Shown: positions 17,578-25,641, numbered from the stretch's first letter. The stretch: 32,000 nt of DNA from Candidatus Karelsulcia muelleri (GCF_022985615.1 NZ_CP094965.1:124327-156326); one strand, 5' to 3'. Numbers and translations: made by a program. Notes: generated by a model not told the origin, from the sequence alone.

Positions 17578-17899
17578 AAGTATGTTGATTTATCGCATTG
17601 TTTGTTTTTAAACAAACAATGAGGAAAGTCTGGAATCACTAGGGATAACGCAACGGGTAACTCCCGTACATCGTGAGATGAGGAATAGTGCAACAGAAAG
17701 TATGTACAGTTGAGCTGTAGTGAAATCATGTAAACTCTGTGTTGTGAAATGCCAAATATACCAGAAGTATAGTAGTATAGTTCATCCCTAACTAAATATC
17801 TGCTAACTAAATATCTGGGGGGTAGGCAGATCGAGATAAAGGGTAACTTTTATCCTAGATAAATGATAAATTAAACTGAATCCGGCTTATAACATACTT
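17578..17899 (+). ncRNA. rnpB: RNase P RNA (bacterial type A, reduced)
   Basis: The 5' AAGTATGTT pairs with the 3' AACATACTT (P1). A perfect P3-like hairpin is present (CATTGTTTGTT-TTTAA-AACAAACAATG). Universal elements are present: GAGGAAAGTCTGG (P4 5' strand), AGTGCAACAGAAAGTATGTACAG, GGGGTAGGCAGATCGAG, and CCTAGATAAATGA...ACTGAATCCGGCTTAT (P4 3' strand). The 5' boundary is ambiguous because that segment is duplicated upstream. Confidence 0.85.
17766..17817. repeat. two perfect tandem duplications inside rnpB (8 bp x2 and 15 bp x2)
   Basis: AGTATAGT x2 at 17766-17781; CTAACTAAATATCTG x2 at 17788-17817. Confidence 0.95.
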
Positions 17900-17903
17900 T
17901 TTT

Positions 17904-19580
17904 TTAAAAATATTTCTCTATATTATTTATATCTAATAAGAATAAGATTTTTTGTTTGAATTTTAATAAATTATCAATTTTTAATATTTGTTTTATTAGC
18001 TTCCTTATTGTTAAGGAAGCAATCTTTTGTTTTGTTTCTAATTTATAAAAATTATATATATTTTTATATATTAATTTTTCAATGATTTTATCATCTTGGT
18101 AAATATAAAGATCATATAATAACCTATATACATATATTTTTTTTAAAAACTTAGGAGAATAAGTAATTGAAATAGAATTTTCAAAACATTTTATTTTAAA
18201 ACCAAAATTAATTAAAATTTCTATAATTTTGGTTTTAGTTTTTTTAGTAAAAAATTTATTCAATTTAATATTTATCGGTGGGTATAATTTATAGATTTTG
18301 TGTTTTTTTATTTCTTTTTTAAACTTATCCTCTAAAATTATTTTATAGACTCTATCTTTATGAATAATTAAAACACCAAAATCTAAAAGACATAATATAT
18401 ATTTTTTATAGATCTTAAATTGGGTAAAATCCAGATCTATTTTCTTAAGATCTATTTTCTTAAGAAATATTTTATTAAGAAATATTTTCTTAAGAAATAT
18501 TTTATTAAGAAATTCTTGACAATTATTATTTAGGTTGCGGTTTTTTTCTTCTTTATCTTTTTTTTTAGAGTAAAACTTAAAAATATTCTGTAGGCCTAAA
18601 TATTCTTTAATTATTATATTTATATTTTTACAAATTTCTGACTCTGATTTAATGAGTATTTTGTTTTTGGATTGACAAATATTAATTTCAATTTGTTTGG
18701 TTGGAATAGTAAGAAATAAAAAATAATTTGGTTTATTAGTTTTGTTTATTAGACCGTTATAGGCTTTAATAATAGACTTGTGAATTCTTTTGTTTACTAC
18801 GTATCTATTATTAACAAACAAATAATAATTCTTAAATTGAGTATTAAAAAAACTTGTAGAAGTGATATATCCTTTTATAAGAAATAATTTATCTTTTTTA
18901 AAAACTTTGATTAAGACATTTTTATAATATTCGCCAAAAATTTTAATTATTCTATATTTTAGATTTGATTTTTTTAAACTGGTAATTATCTTATTATTAT
19001 GCATCATAACAAAATTAATATCAGGGTGTGAAAGAACTATCTTATTAAATTCTGATATGATATATCTTAATTCAATATGGGCAGATTTTAAAAAGTTTTT
19101 TCTATTGGGGAAATTGTAAAATAAGTTTTTCACATATATACTAGTACCATTTAATAAATTATTTAATAATACAGGGGGATATTTAAGCTTTTGATTTTCT
19201 AATGTTAAGAAGACTCCAAATTCTGATTTGGTTTTTTTAGTGTATATTTCTACCTGGCTAACTAAAGAAATATAGTATAAAGCTTCACCTCGAAAGCCTT
19301 TAGTATTTAGTGATTTGATATCTTTAAGAGAATATAATTTGGAAGTATAAAATCTCCTAATACTATTTTTCGCTTCTAAATGATTCATTCCATCACCATC
19401 ATCTATAACATTAATTAAATCTTTCCCACCATTCAATAATATCAATTTAATATTTTTTGAATGTGCATCAATTGAGTTTTCTAATAATTCTTTTACTACA
19501 GAAGCTGGTCTTTTAATTACATATCCTGCTGAAATTTTATTTGAATCTTGTGTGGGTAGAATTTTTATGGTATTTTTCAT
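17904..19580 (-). CDS. mutL: DNA mismatch repair protein MutL (ATPase domain conserved, C-terminal domain highly divergent)
   Basis: 558 aa. The N-terminal GHKL ATPase motifs are ISAGYVIKRPASVVKELLENSIDA, VIDDGDGM and GFRGEALYYISLVS. An in-frame 15-bp repeat lies in the linker. The CTD aligns only loosely. Confidence 0.88.
   Translation of the reverse strand: MKNTIKILPTQDSNKISAGYVIKRPASVVKELLENSIDAHSKNIKLILLNGGKDLINVIDDGDGMNHLEAKNSIRRFYTSKLYSLKDIKSLNTKGFRGEALYYISLVSQVEIYTKKTKSEFGVFLTLENQKLKYPPVLLNNLLNGTSIYVKNLFYNFPNRKNFLKSAHIELRYIISEFNKIVLSHPDINFVMMHNNKIITSLKKSNLKYRIIKIFGEYYKNVLIKVFKKDKLFLIKGYITSTSFFNTQFKNYYLFVNNRYVVNKRIHKSIIKAYNGLINKTNKPNYFLFLTIPTKQIEINICQSKNKILIKSESEICKNINIIIKEYLGLQNIFKFYSKKKDKEEKNRNLNNNCQEFLNKIFLKKIFLNKIFLKKIDLKKIDLDFTQFKIYKKYILCLLDFGVLIIHKDRVYKIILEDKFKKEIKKHKIYKLYPPINIKLNKFFTKKTKTKIIEILINFGFKIKCFENSISITYSPKFLKKIYVYRLLYDLYIYQDDKIIEKLIYKNIYNFYKLETKQKIASLTIRKLIKQILKIDNLLKFKQKILFLLDINNIEKYF
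18433..18510. repeat. 15-bp in-frame tandem repeat (~5 copies) in the mutL linker
   Basis: AGATCTATTTTCTTA x2, then AGAAATATTTTATTA / AGAAATATTTTCTTA / AGAAATATTTTATTA. On the minus strand this encodes FLNKI-FLKKI-FLNKI-FLKKI-DLKKI-DL. Confidence 0.95.
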
Positions 19581-19606
19581 AAGAACTCTATAAAAACAAA
19601 ACCAAA

Positions 19607-21088
19607 TTAAGATTTTAAACGCATTTGTGGAAAAAATAAGACCTCCTGAATATTTCTTTGATTAGTAAATAACATGATTAAACGATCAATCCCAAAGCCT
19701 ATACCACTACAAGGAGGCATACCATATTCTAATGAAAGAATAAAGTCTTTATCTATTAACATATTTTCAGATTCAACTTTATTATATAATTTAATTTGTC
19801 TTTTAAATCTCTTGAATTGATCAATTGGATCATTTAATTCTGAATAAGAATTCGCTATTTCAACACCATTAATTATTAATTCATATCTTTCAGATAAACC
19901 ATTTTTAAAGCGATGTTTTTTAGCTAATGGACTCATTTCAAGGGGAAAATCAATTATAAAAGTTGGTTGAATAATTTTTTTTTCACATTTTTGACTGAAT
20001 ATTTGATCGAGAAGTTGTCCTTTTTTCATCTTATTATCAATCTTCACATTTATTTCCTTACATATTTTTCTAATTTCAGTTTCAATAAGATTACTTAGGT
20101 CAAATCCAGTATAAATTTTAATAGCTTCAAAAAAAGTAATTTTTTTAAAGGGTGAAATCAAATGAAGAGATTGTTTGCCTACTTTGGCAAATTTTAAACA
20201 AATTTTTTGTAAAAACTTTTCAGTAAATTTCATCATCCAATAATAATCTTTATAGGCTACATATAATTCTAGAATTGTAAATTCTGGATTATGATTTTTA
20301 TCTATCCCCTCGTTTCTAAAATTTCTAGAAAATTCATAAACTTTTTCTAAACCTCCAACTAGTAATTTTTTTAAATATAATTCATTGGAAATTCTTAAAT
20401 AGAATGTACTTTTTAAGGTATTATGATATGTAATAAATGGTCTGGCAATAGCACCACCCGGAATGGCTTGTAAAATAGGAGTTTCAACTTCTAAATAATT
20501 TCTTTTATTTAAATAATTTCTTATAAAACTTATAATTTTAATACGTGTAAAAAATACAGTTTTAATTTCGTCATTAACGATCAAATCAACATATTTCATT
20601 CTATGTCGTTTTTCATTATTAGAAAAAGAATCAAAAGTATTTCCCGATTTATCTTTTTTTACGTTTGGTAAAGTATGTAGACATTTAGATAATAAATTTA
20701 TTTTTTTTGCATATACAGAAATTTGGTTATTTTTAGTTTTGAATAAATAACCTTTCAACCATATTATATCTCCGATATCTAAAAGTTTTTTTAAAAACAA
20801 ATTGTATATATTTTTGCCAGTATAAAAATTATTTATGGATATATAAATTTGTATCAAACCTTCTTTATCTTTTATTTCAATAAAAGAAGCCTTTCCCATT
20901 ATTCTAATTCTAATAATTCTACCAGCAACAATAACCTTTTTATTTTTTTTGTAATTATTAATTATTTTTTTTGAATTAGAATTTATTGGATATTCTTCAG
21001 AAGGATAAGGATTAATATTTATTTTGTTTAATTTTTTAAGCTTTTTTATTCTAATCAAATTTTGGTCATAAATACGCAAATTTCTCAT
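19607..21088 (-). CDS. lysS: lysyl-tRNA synthetase, class II
   Basis: 493 aa. It has an OB anticodon-binding domain (GRIIRIRIMGKASFIEIKD..G.IQIY), class II motifs (LEVETPILQ..PGGA.ARPF.T.HN; FRNEGID..HNPEFT.LE.Y; GIGFGIDRLIMLFT) and the LysS-typical RHRMKYVDLI. Confidence 0.95.
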   Translation of the reverse strand: MRNLRIYDQNLIRIKKLKKLNKININPYPSEEYPINSNSKKIINNYKKNKKVIVAGRIIRIRIMGKASFIEIKDKEGLIQIYISINNFYTGKNIYNLFLKKLLDIGDIIWLKGYLFKTKNNQISVYAKKINLLSKCLHTLPNVKKDKSGNTFDSFSNNEKRHRMKYVDLIVNDEIKTVFFTRIKIISFIRNYLNKRNYLEVETPILQAIPGGAIARPFITYHNTLKSTFYLRISNELYLKKLLVGGLEKVYEFSRNFRNEGIDKNHNPEFTILELYVAYKDYYWMMKFTEKFLQKICLKFAKVGKQSLHLISPFKKITFFEAIKIYTGFDLSNLIETEIRKICKEINVKIDNKMKKGQLLDQIFSQKCEKKIIQPTFIIDFPLEMSPLAKKHRFKNGLSERYELIINGVEIANSYSELNDPIDQFKRFKRQIKLYNKVESENMLIDKDFILSLEYGMPPCSGIGFGIDRLIMLFTNQRNIQEVLFFPQMRLKS

Positions 21089-21095
21089 TAAAAGA

Positions 21096-21127
21096 ATATT
21101 AAGACCTTGAAATATTAAGACCTTGAA
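21096..21127. repeat. 16-bp perfect tandem duplication (x2) copying the 3' acceptor end of tRNA-Arg plus its trailer
   Basis: ATATTAAGACCTTGAA occurs at 21096-21111 and 21112-21127. The second copy overlaps tRNA positions 21118-21127. Confidence 0.96.
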
Positions 21128-21191
21128 GGGAGTTGAACCCTTACTCTTCTGATCCGTAGTCAGATGCTTTATCCAATTAAGCTACAAGGCC
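21118..21191 (-). tRNA. tRNA-Arg (anticodon ACG)
   Basis: Hand-folded minus-strand sequence: GGCCTTG-TA-GCTT-AATTGGATA-AAGC-A-TCTGA-CTACGGA-TCAGA-AGAGT-AAGGG-TTCAACT-CCCTT-CAAGGTC-T. All four stems pair (one G-U in the acceptor), the T-loop is TTCAACT, the anticodon loop is CT-ACG-GA, and no CCA is encoded. Confidence 0.9.
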
Positions 21192-21314
21192 AAGGAGAGC
21201 TAGGGAAAAGGTTTCTAAATATAGACTTTCATAAAAAATAAAAAGTTAAAATACTACTTAGTAGTTAATTAGAAGTCTAGATTTAGATATTAAGAAAGAA
21301 AGAAAGAAAAAAAA

Positions 21315-22304
21315 ATGAAACCAATTACCAATGAAATATATTTGAAATGGTATAAAGATATGTCGTTTTGGAGAAAATTTGAAGAAAAATGCCGATCATT
21401 ATATTTAAAACAAAAAATAAGTGGCTTTCTCCATTTATATAGTGGTCAAGAGGCTATACCTGCCGGTATTACTTATGTGATGAATCTAAAAAAAGATAAT
21501 ATGATTACAGGGTATAGATGTCATATACTTGCTTTATCTATGGGAATAGACCCAAAAAAGGTTATGGCAGAATTATTTGGAAAAAAAACTGGAACTTCTT
21601 GTGGTTTAGGTGGATCGATGCATATATTTAGTAAAAAATATCGATTTTATGGTGGATATGGAATTGTAGGGGGACAAATACCATTAGGAGCAGGTATCGC
21701 CTTTGCTGATAAATACTTTAATAGAGAAGCAGTGACGGTGACGATTATGGGAGATGGTGCTATTTGGCAAGGGGCTTTACATGAAACCTTCAATATGTCC
21801 GTAATTTTAAAATTACCAGTAGTTTATATCTGCGAAAACAATAAATACGCAATGGGAACTTCAGTTAAAAAAAGTTCTTGTATTAAAAATATTTTCCAAC
21901 TTGGATTATCATACAATATGCCCTCTAAATCAGTAGACGGCAGTAGCCCATTTAAAATTGCTAAAGCAGTTGACAAAGCTATTCAAAGAGCTAAAACTGG
22001 AAAAGGACCTACTTTTTTAGAAATATTAACTTACAGATTCAGAGGCCATTCAATGTCTGATCCTGAAAGTTATAGAACAAGAGCTGAAGTAATAGAACAG
22101 AAAAAAAATGATCCAATTTTAAAAATTAAAAACAAAATATTAGAAAGAAAAATTATGACTAAAAAGTTATTAAAAGCCTTGGATTTAGAATTAATAAAAA
22201 AAATAGATGAATGTGTTGTATTTGCAGAAAATTCTGATTATCCACCCCAAAAAACTAGGTTTAATGTGGTTTATTCTCAAAAAAAATATCCTTTTTTAAA
22301 ATAA
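21315..22304 (+). CDS. pdhA: pyruvate (2-oxoacid) dehydrogenase E1 component, alpha subunit
   Basis: 329 aa. FLHLYSGQEA.P.G, the ThDP-binding block GDGA..QGA.HE..N...L..LP.V.ICENN.YAMGT, and YRFRGHSMSDP are E1-alpha signatures. Confidence 0.92.
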   Translation: MKPITNEIYLKWYKDMSFWRKFEEKCRSLYLKQKISGFLHLYSGQEAIPAGITYVMNLKKDNMITGYRCHILALSMGIDPKKVMAELFGKKTGTSCGLGGSMHIFSKKYRFYGGYGIVGGQIPLGAGIAFADKYFNREAVTVTIMGDGAIWQGALHETFNMSVILKLPVVYICENNKYAMGTSVKKSSCIKNIFQLGLSYNMPSKSVDGSSPFKIAKAVDKAIQRAKTGKGPTFLEILTYRFRGHSMSDPESYRTRAEVIEQKKNDPILKIKNKILERKIMTKKLLKALDLELIKKIDECVVFAENSDYPPQKTRFNVVYSQKKYPFLK

Positions 22305-22321
22305 AAGTCCAAGTAACAAAA

Positions 22322-23416
22322 ATGGCAGAGATAATTTACATGCCACGTTTAAGTGATACTATGAAAGAAGGTACAATAGTAAAATGGTATAAAAAAGTAG
22401 GAGAAAAAGTATTAAATGGAGAAATTTTAGCAGAAATAGAAACAGATAAAGCTATTCAAGAATTTGAATCCGAATATAAGGCTACTCTTCTCTATATAGG
22501 AGTTAAAGAAGGAGAAAAAGCAAAAGTAAATGATATTTTGGCTATTATGGGTGAAAGAAATGAAAATATAGATTATTTAATAAAGAAGAATAAGAATAAA
22601 AAAATTTTAGTATCCCCATTAGCAAAAAAAATAGCTTTAGAAAAAGGTATCAAATTAAAAACCTTAAAAGGAAGTGGACCAAAAAACAGAATTGTTAAAA
22701 AAGACATAATAAAAAGTATCAAAACAAAAAATAATAAAAAATATAAAATTAAAAATATTTCTAATATAAGGAAAATCATTAGTGAACGCTTATTAAAATC
22801 AAAAAAGATTTCTCCACATTATTATTTATTTATCGAAATTCCTGCAGATAATTTAATAAGATTTAAAAAATATATTAATAAAAAATATACTAGTAAAATT
22901 TCTTTTAATGATTTAATAGTGAAAGCTACTGCTTTATCACTTAAAAAAAATCAAAAAATAAATTCTTCATTGAAGAAAGAAAGGATTATATATCACAAAG
23001 ATATTAATATAGGTATTGCTGTTTCCTTACCGGAAGGACTAATTGTACCGGTAATAAATACCGTGGAAAAAAAATCTTTAATAAAAATTTCCAAAGAAAT
23101 AAAAGAAAAAATAAAAAGATATAGAAATAAAAAAATTTCTAACAATGAATTAGAAGGAAGTACTTTTACAATTTCTAATTTAGGTATGTTTGGGATAGAT
23201 TGTTTTACTTCTATAATAAATCAACCTAATTCGAGTATTTTATCAGTAGGAAGTATTCAAAGAAAACCTATAGTTGATAAAAACAAAATAAAAATAGGAA
23301 ATACTATTAAATTTACTTTAGCTTGTGATCATAGAATTATAGATGGTGTAATAGGTAGTACCTTTTTACTTACTTTAAAAGAATACTTATTAGAACCAAT
23401 TACTATGTTAATTTAA
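22322..23416 (+). CDS. pdhC: dihydrolipoamide acyltransferase (E2) of the 2-oxoacid dehydrogenase complex
   Basis: 364 aa. It has a lipoyl domain (MPRLSDTMKEGTIVKWYKKVGEKV..GEILAEIETDKA), a peripheral-subunit-binding domain (VSPLAKKIALEKGI.L..LKGSGP..RIVKKDI) and a catalytic domain (GSTFTISNLGMFG, LACDHRIIDG). Confidence 0.9.
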   Translation: MAEIIYMPRLSDTMKEGTIVKWYKKVGEKVLNGEILAEIETDKAIQEFESEYKATLLYIGVKEGEKAKVNDILAIMGERNENIDYLIKKNKNKKILVSPLAKKIALEKGIKLKTLKGSGPKNRIVKKDIIKSIKTKNNKKYKIKNISNIRKIISERLLKSKKISPHYYLFIEIPADNLIRFKKYINKKYTSKISFNDLIVKATALSLKKNQKINSSLKKERIIYHKDINIGIAVSLPEGLIVPVINTVEKKSLIKISKEIKEKIKRYRNKKISNNELEGSTFTISNLGMFGIDCFTSIINQPNSSILSVGSIQRKPIVDKNKIKIGNTIKFTLACDHRIIDGVIGSTFLLTLKEYLLEPITMLI

Positions 23417-23929
23417 TTTAGTAAGTAATCTTTTTTTGTTTTTAGGAATCTTTTTTAAGAACTCTATTCCATTATTTTTAAATTCGAAAATAATGTTTTT
23501 AATACCATTTGTAAGAACGAGATATTGGCTTTTGAATCTCAAATAATATTTCATTATTTGATCAAAAGATTTAGATGAAATCTTTACTTCAGGAGATTTA
23601 CATTCAACCATTATAAATGGTCTTTTTTTTTTAAGAACTAGAATATCTATCCGATTTTTAATATTATAAAAAGTTGAATGGAATTCGACATATATTTCAT
23701 GAACATTATAGCCTCTATTTTTTATTAGATAATAAATTATCTTTTGTCTCACTAATTCTTCTTTAGTTAAAAGATAATATTTTTTTCTAATTAAGCAAAA
23801 AACGTACATTTTACCGTTAAATGTTTTTATCTTATTTTTTATATTACATTTATTCAATAGCTTGTAATTTCTTTTTTTTATATGATTATGATTAATCTTA
23901 CAAATATTAAAATTAAAGAAATTAAACAA
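23408..23929 (-). CDS. HsdR_N-like / PD-(D/E)xK nuclease-fold domain protein (conserved hypothetical of Bacteroidota)
   Basis: 173 aa. LIRKKYYLLTKEELVRQ..I.YLI...GY, then RIDILV....RPFIMVECK (a D...ExK nuclease-fold motif), F.Q...Y......QYLVLTNG. From memory, this matches the small 'type I restriction enzyme HsdR N-terminal domain' family that sits divergent from holA in flavobacteria. The start codon is uncertain. Confidence 0.6.
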   Translation of the reverse strand: MFNFFNFNICKINHNHIKKRNYKLLNKCNIKNKIKTFNGKMYVFCLIRKKYYLLTKEELVRQKIIYYLIKNRGYNVHEIYVEFHSTFYNIKNRIDILVLKKKRPFIMVECKSPEVKISSKSFDQIMKYYLRFKSQYLVLTNGIKNIIFEFKNNGIEFLKKIPKNKKRLLTKLN

Positions 23930-24736
23930 ATTTCTCTTTTTATAGGTGAAGAAGAATATCTTATAAAAGAATATATAGAAGAGATAGAGAATCTTTTAAA
24001 GAACAGGATTCTAAATATATTATAGAAGTAAAAGAAGAAGATAGAATAACCAATATTTTACACTCTTACTCTATTTAAAGAATATAAGTTAATTATTCTT
24101 AAAAATTCGTAAGATCTAAATCTAAGCTTAGATAACTTAGAAAAATTACTAAAAAAGACCTCGAAAAGAAATATTTTCATTTTTTGTATTAATTTCGTAA
24201 TTCACTCACGAAATTTATAATTTTATAATTTTATTAAAAAAAACACAAATAACAACATAGAAATTATAAATAATAAAAAATTAACTTTTGGTGAAATTTT
24301 GTATTTAGTAAAAAGAAAAATAAAAAAAATAGGCTTAAAGATAAATGAAATAACAGTAAAAAAAATGATACAATCTGTTGATTCCAATTTATTTATGCTT
24401 GAAAATGAGTTAAAAAAAATAAGATTTAATAATATTAATAATATAGCTGACAATTATAATTATAAACTTCTTCATAATGAATTTAAAATAATTTTAAAGA
24501 TGCTTGAAGTCCACCCCCTAACTTTAATCTTAAATAAGATATATAAACTATACTTAGAAAAAGTTATGACTTATAATAATAATGAAGAAAAATTTAATAA
24601 AATAGCTAATTTAGTTTTTCTGCTAAAAGAAGCAGAGAAAAAAAATAAGAGCTATTTTTTAAAAAAGGAAGAAATAATGAAAGAACTAATTTATAAAATA
24701 TGTCAAATAGAGAAAGAGAAATCTTTGATTGTATAA
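23882..24736 (+). pseudogene. holA: DNA polymerase III delta subunit, single frame interrupted by five in-frame stops in its first ~113 codons; the C-terminal 172 codons are open
   Basis: One frame reads MIMINLTNIKIKEIKQISLFIGEEEYLIKEYIEEIENLLKNRILNIL*K*KKKIE*PIFYTLTLFKEYKLIILKNS*DLNLSLDNLEKLLKKTSKRNIFIFCINFVIHSRNL*FYNFIKK...LTFGEILYLVKRKIKKIGLKINEITVKKMIQSVDSNLFMLENELKKI.... It follows the HolA pattern (Y...GEE.yLi, slF.e.kLiil.n, l..l....s....+if, i......G..i...a...l......l..l.nEl.Kl). Stops are at 24023 (TAG) and at 24029, 24047, 24110 and 24218 (all TAA). No frameshift is needed. Confidence 0.55.
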
Positions 24737-25641
24737 TTATAGGAGGTGGTCCAGCAGGATATACGGCAGCCATTTATTTAGCTCGTGCAGAAATAAAACA
24801 CCTTCTTTTTACAGGCTTTAAACCAGGTGGACAATTGATATCAACTAATAAAATAGAAAATTATCCTGGTTTTCCTGATGGGATATCTGGTTACAAATTA
24901 ATGGAATCTTTTAAAGCCCAAAGCGAAAACTTCGGGACTAAGGTAAAAGATAATAGTGTAGTAAAAATTAATTTTAATATAATAAAAAATTGGCATGAAA
25001 TTATCTTAGATAATTCTTTAAAAATAAAAACCAAAACACTAATTATAGCGACTGGAGCTTCTCCTAGATATTTAAATATTGAGAATGAAAAAAAATTAAT
25101 TGGAAAGGGTATTTATACATGTGCAAATTGTGATGGCTTTTTTTTTAAAGGGAAAAAAGTAGCAGTAATTGGTGGAGGGGATAAAGCAGCAGAAGAATCT
25201 ATTTATTTAGCTAATATTTGTAAAAAAGTATATCTAATAATAAGAGATAAAAAAATGAAAGCTTCAAAAATTATGCAAAAAAAAGTTTTAAACATTAAAA
25301 ATGTTGAAATATTTTATTATCATAAAGTTATAAAAATAATTGGAGAAAAAAAAATAAAAGCGATTTTTTGTAAAAACAGAAAAAATAATAATAATTACTT
25401 ATTTAAGGTGGCAGCTCTTTTTTTAGCTATTGGGCAAATTCCAAATAGTCTTATTTGTAAACCAAATCTAAAATTAGATAAATCTGGATATATAATTACA
25501 AAATATACAATTACTAATATTCCTGGAATATTTGCAGCAGGAGATGTGCAAGACACAAGATATCGACAAGCAATCACCTCAGCTGGATCTGGTTGTATGT
25601 CTGCAATAGAGGTAGAAAAATACCTTATTAAAGTTCAATAA
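24700..25641 (+). CDS. trxB: thioredoxin-disulfide reductase
   Basis: 313 aa. It has the FAD motif IIIGGGPAGYTAAIYLAR, the redox-active CANCDG (CxxC), the NADPH motif VIGGGD.A.EE and the C-terminal GIFAAGDVQD..YRQAITSAGSGCM.A. Confidence 0.94.
   Translation: MSNREREIFDCIIIGGGPAGYTAAIYLARAEIKHLLFTGFKPGGQLISTNKIENYPGFPDGISGYKLMESFKAQSENFGTKVKDNSVVKINFNIIKNWHEIILDNSLKIKTKTLIIATGASPRYLNIENEKKLIGKGIYTCANCDGFFFKGKKVAVIGGGDKAAEESIYLANICKKVYLIIRDKKMKASKIMQKKVLNIKNVEIFYYHKVIKIIGEKKIKAIFCKNRKNNNNYLFKVAALFLAIGQIPNSLICKPNLKLDKSGYIITKYTITNIPGIFAAGDVQDTRYRQAITSAGSGCMSAIEVEKYLIKVQ

Noticed and set aside
17520-17729. 69-aa minus-strand ORF ending in YTYTYTYTYT
   Set aside because: It lies on the opposite strand of rnpB, and its repeat tail is simply the (AAGTAT)n microsatellite translated. 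It is not a gene.
22573-22779. 68-aa minus-strand ORF inside the E2 gene
   Set aside because: It is antisense to the E2 linker region and is Phe/Leu-rich low complexity.
23882-24220. Stop-codon reassignment or readthrough (TAA/TAG read as sense) to explain the five in-frame stops in holA
   Set aside because: TAA (and TAG for tsaD) clearly terminates the conserved neighbouring genes at their expected lengths, so a genome-wide recoding is not supported. A pseudogene or truncation is simpler.
24223-24453. 76-aa minus-strand ORF opposite the holA remnant
   Set aside because: It is a hydrophobic low-complexity reading of the AT-rich antisense strand. The plus strand carries a recognisable HolA-like sequence.
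25395-25577. 60-aa minus-strand ORF inside trxB
   Set aside because: It is antisense to the conserved trxB.
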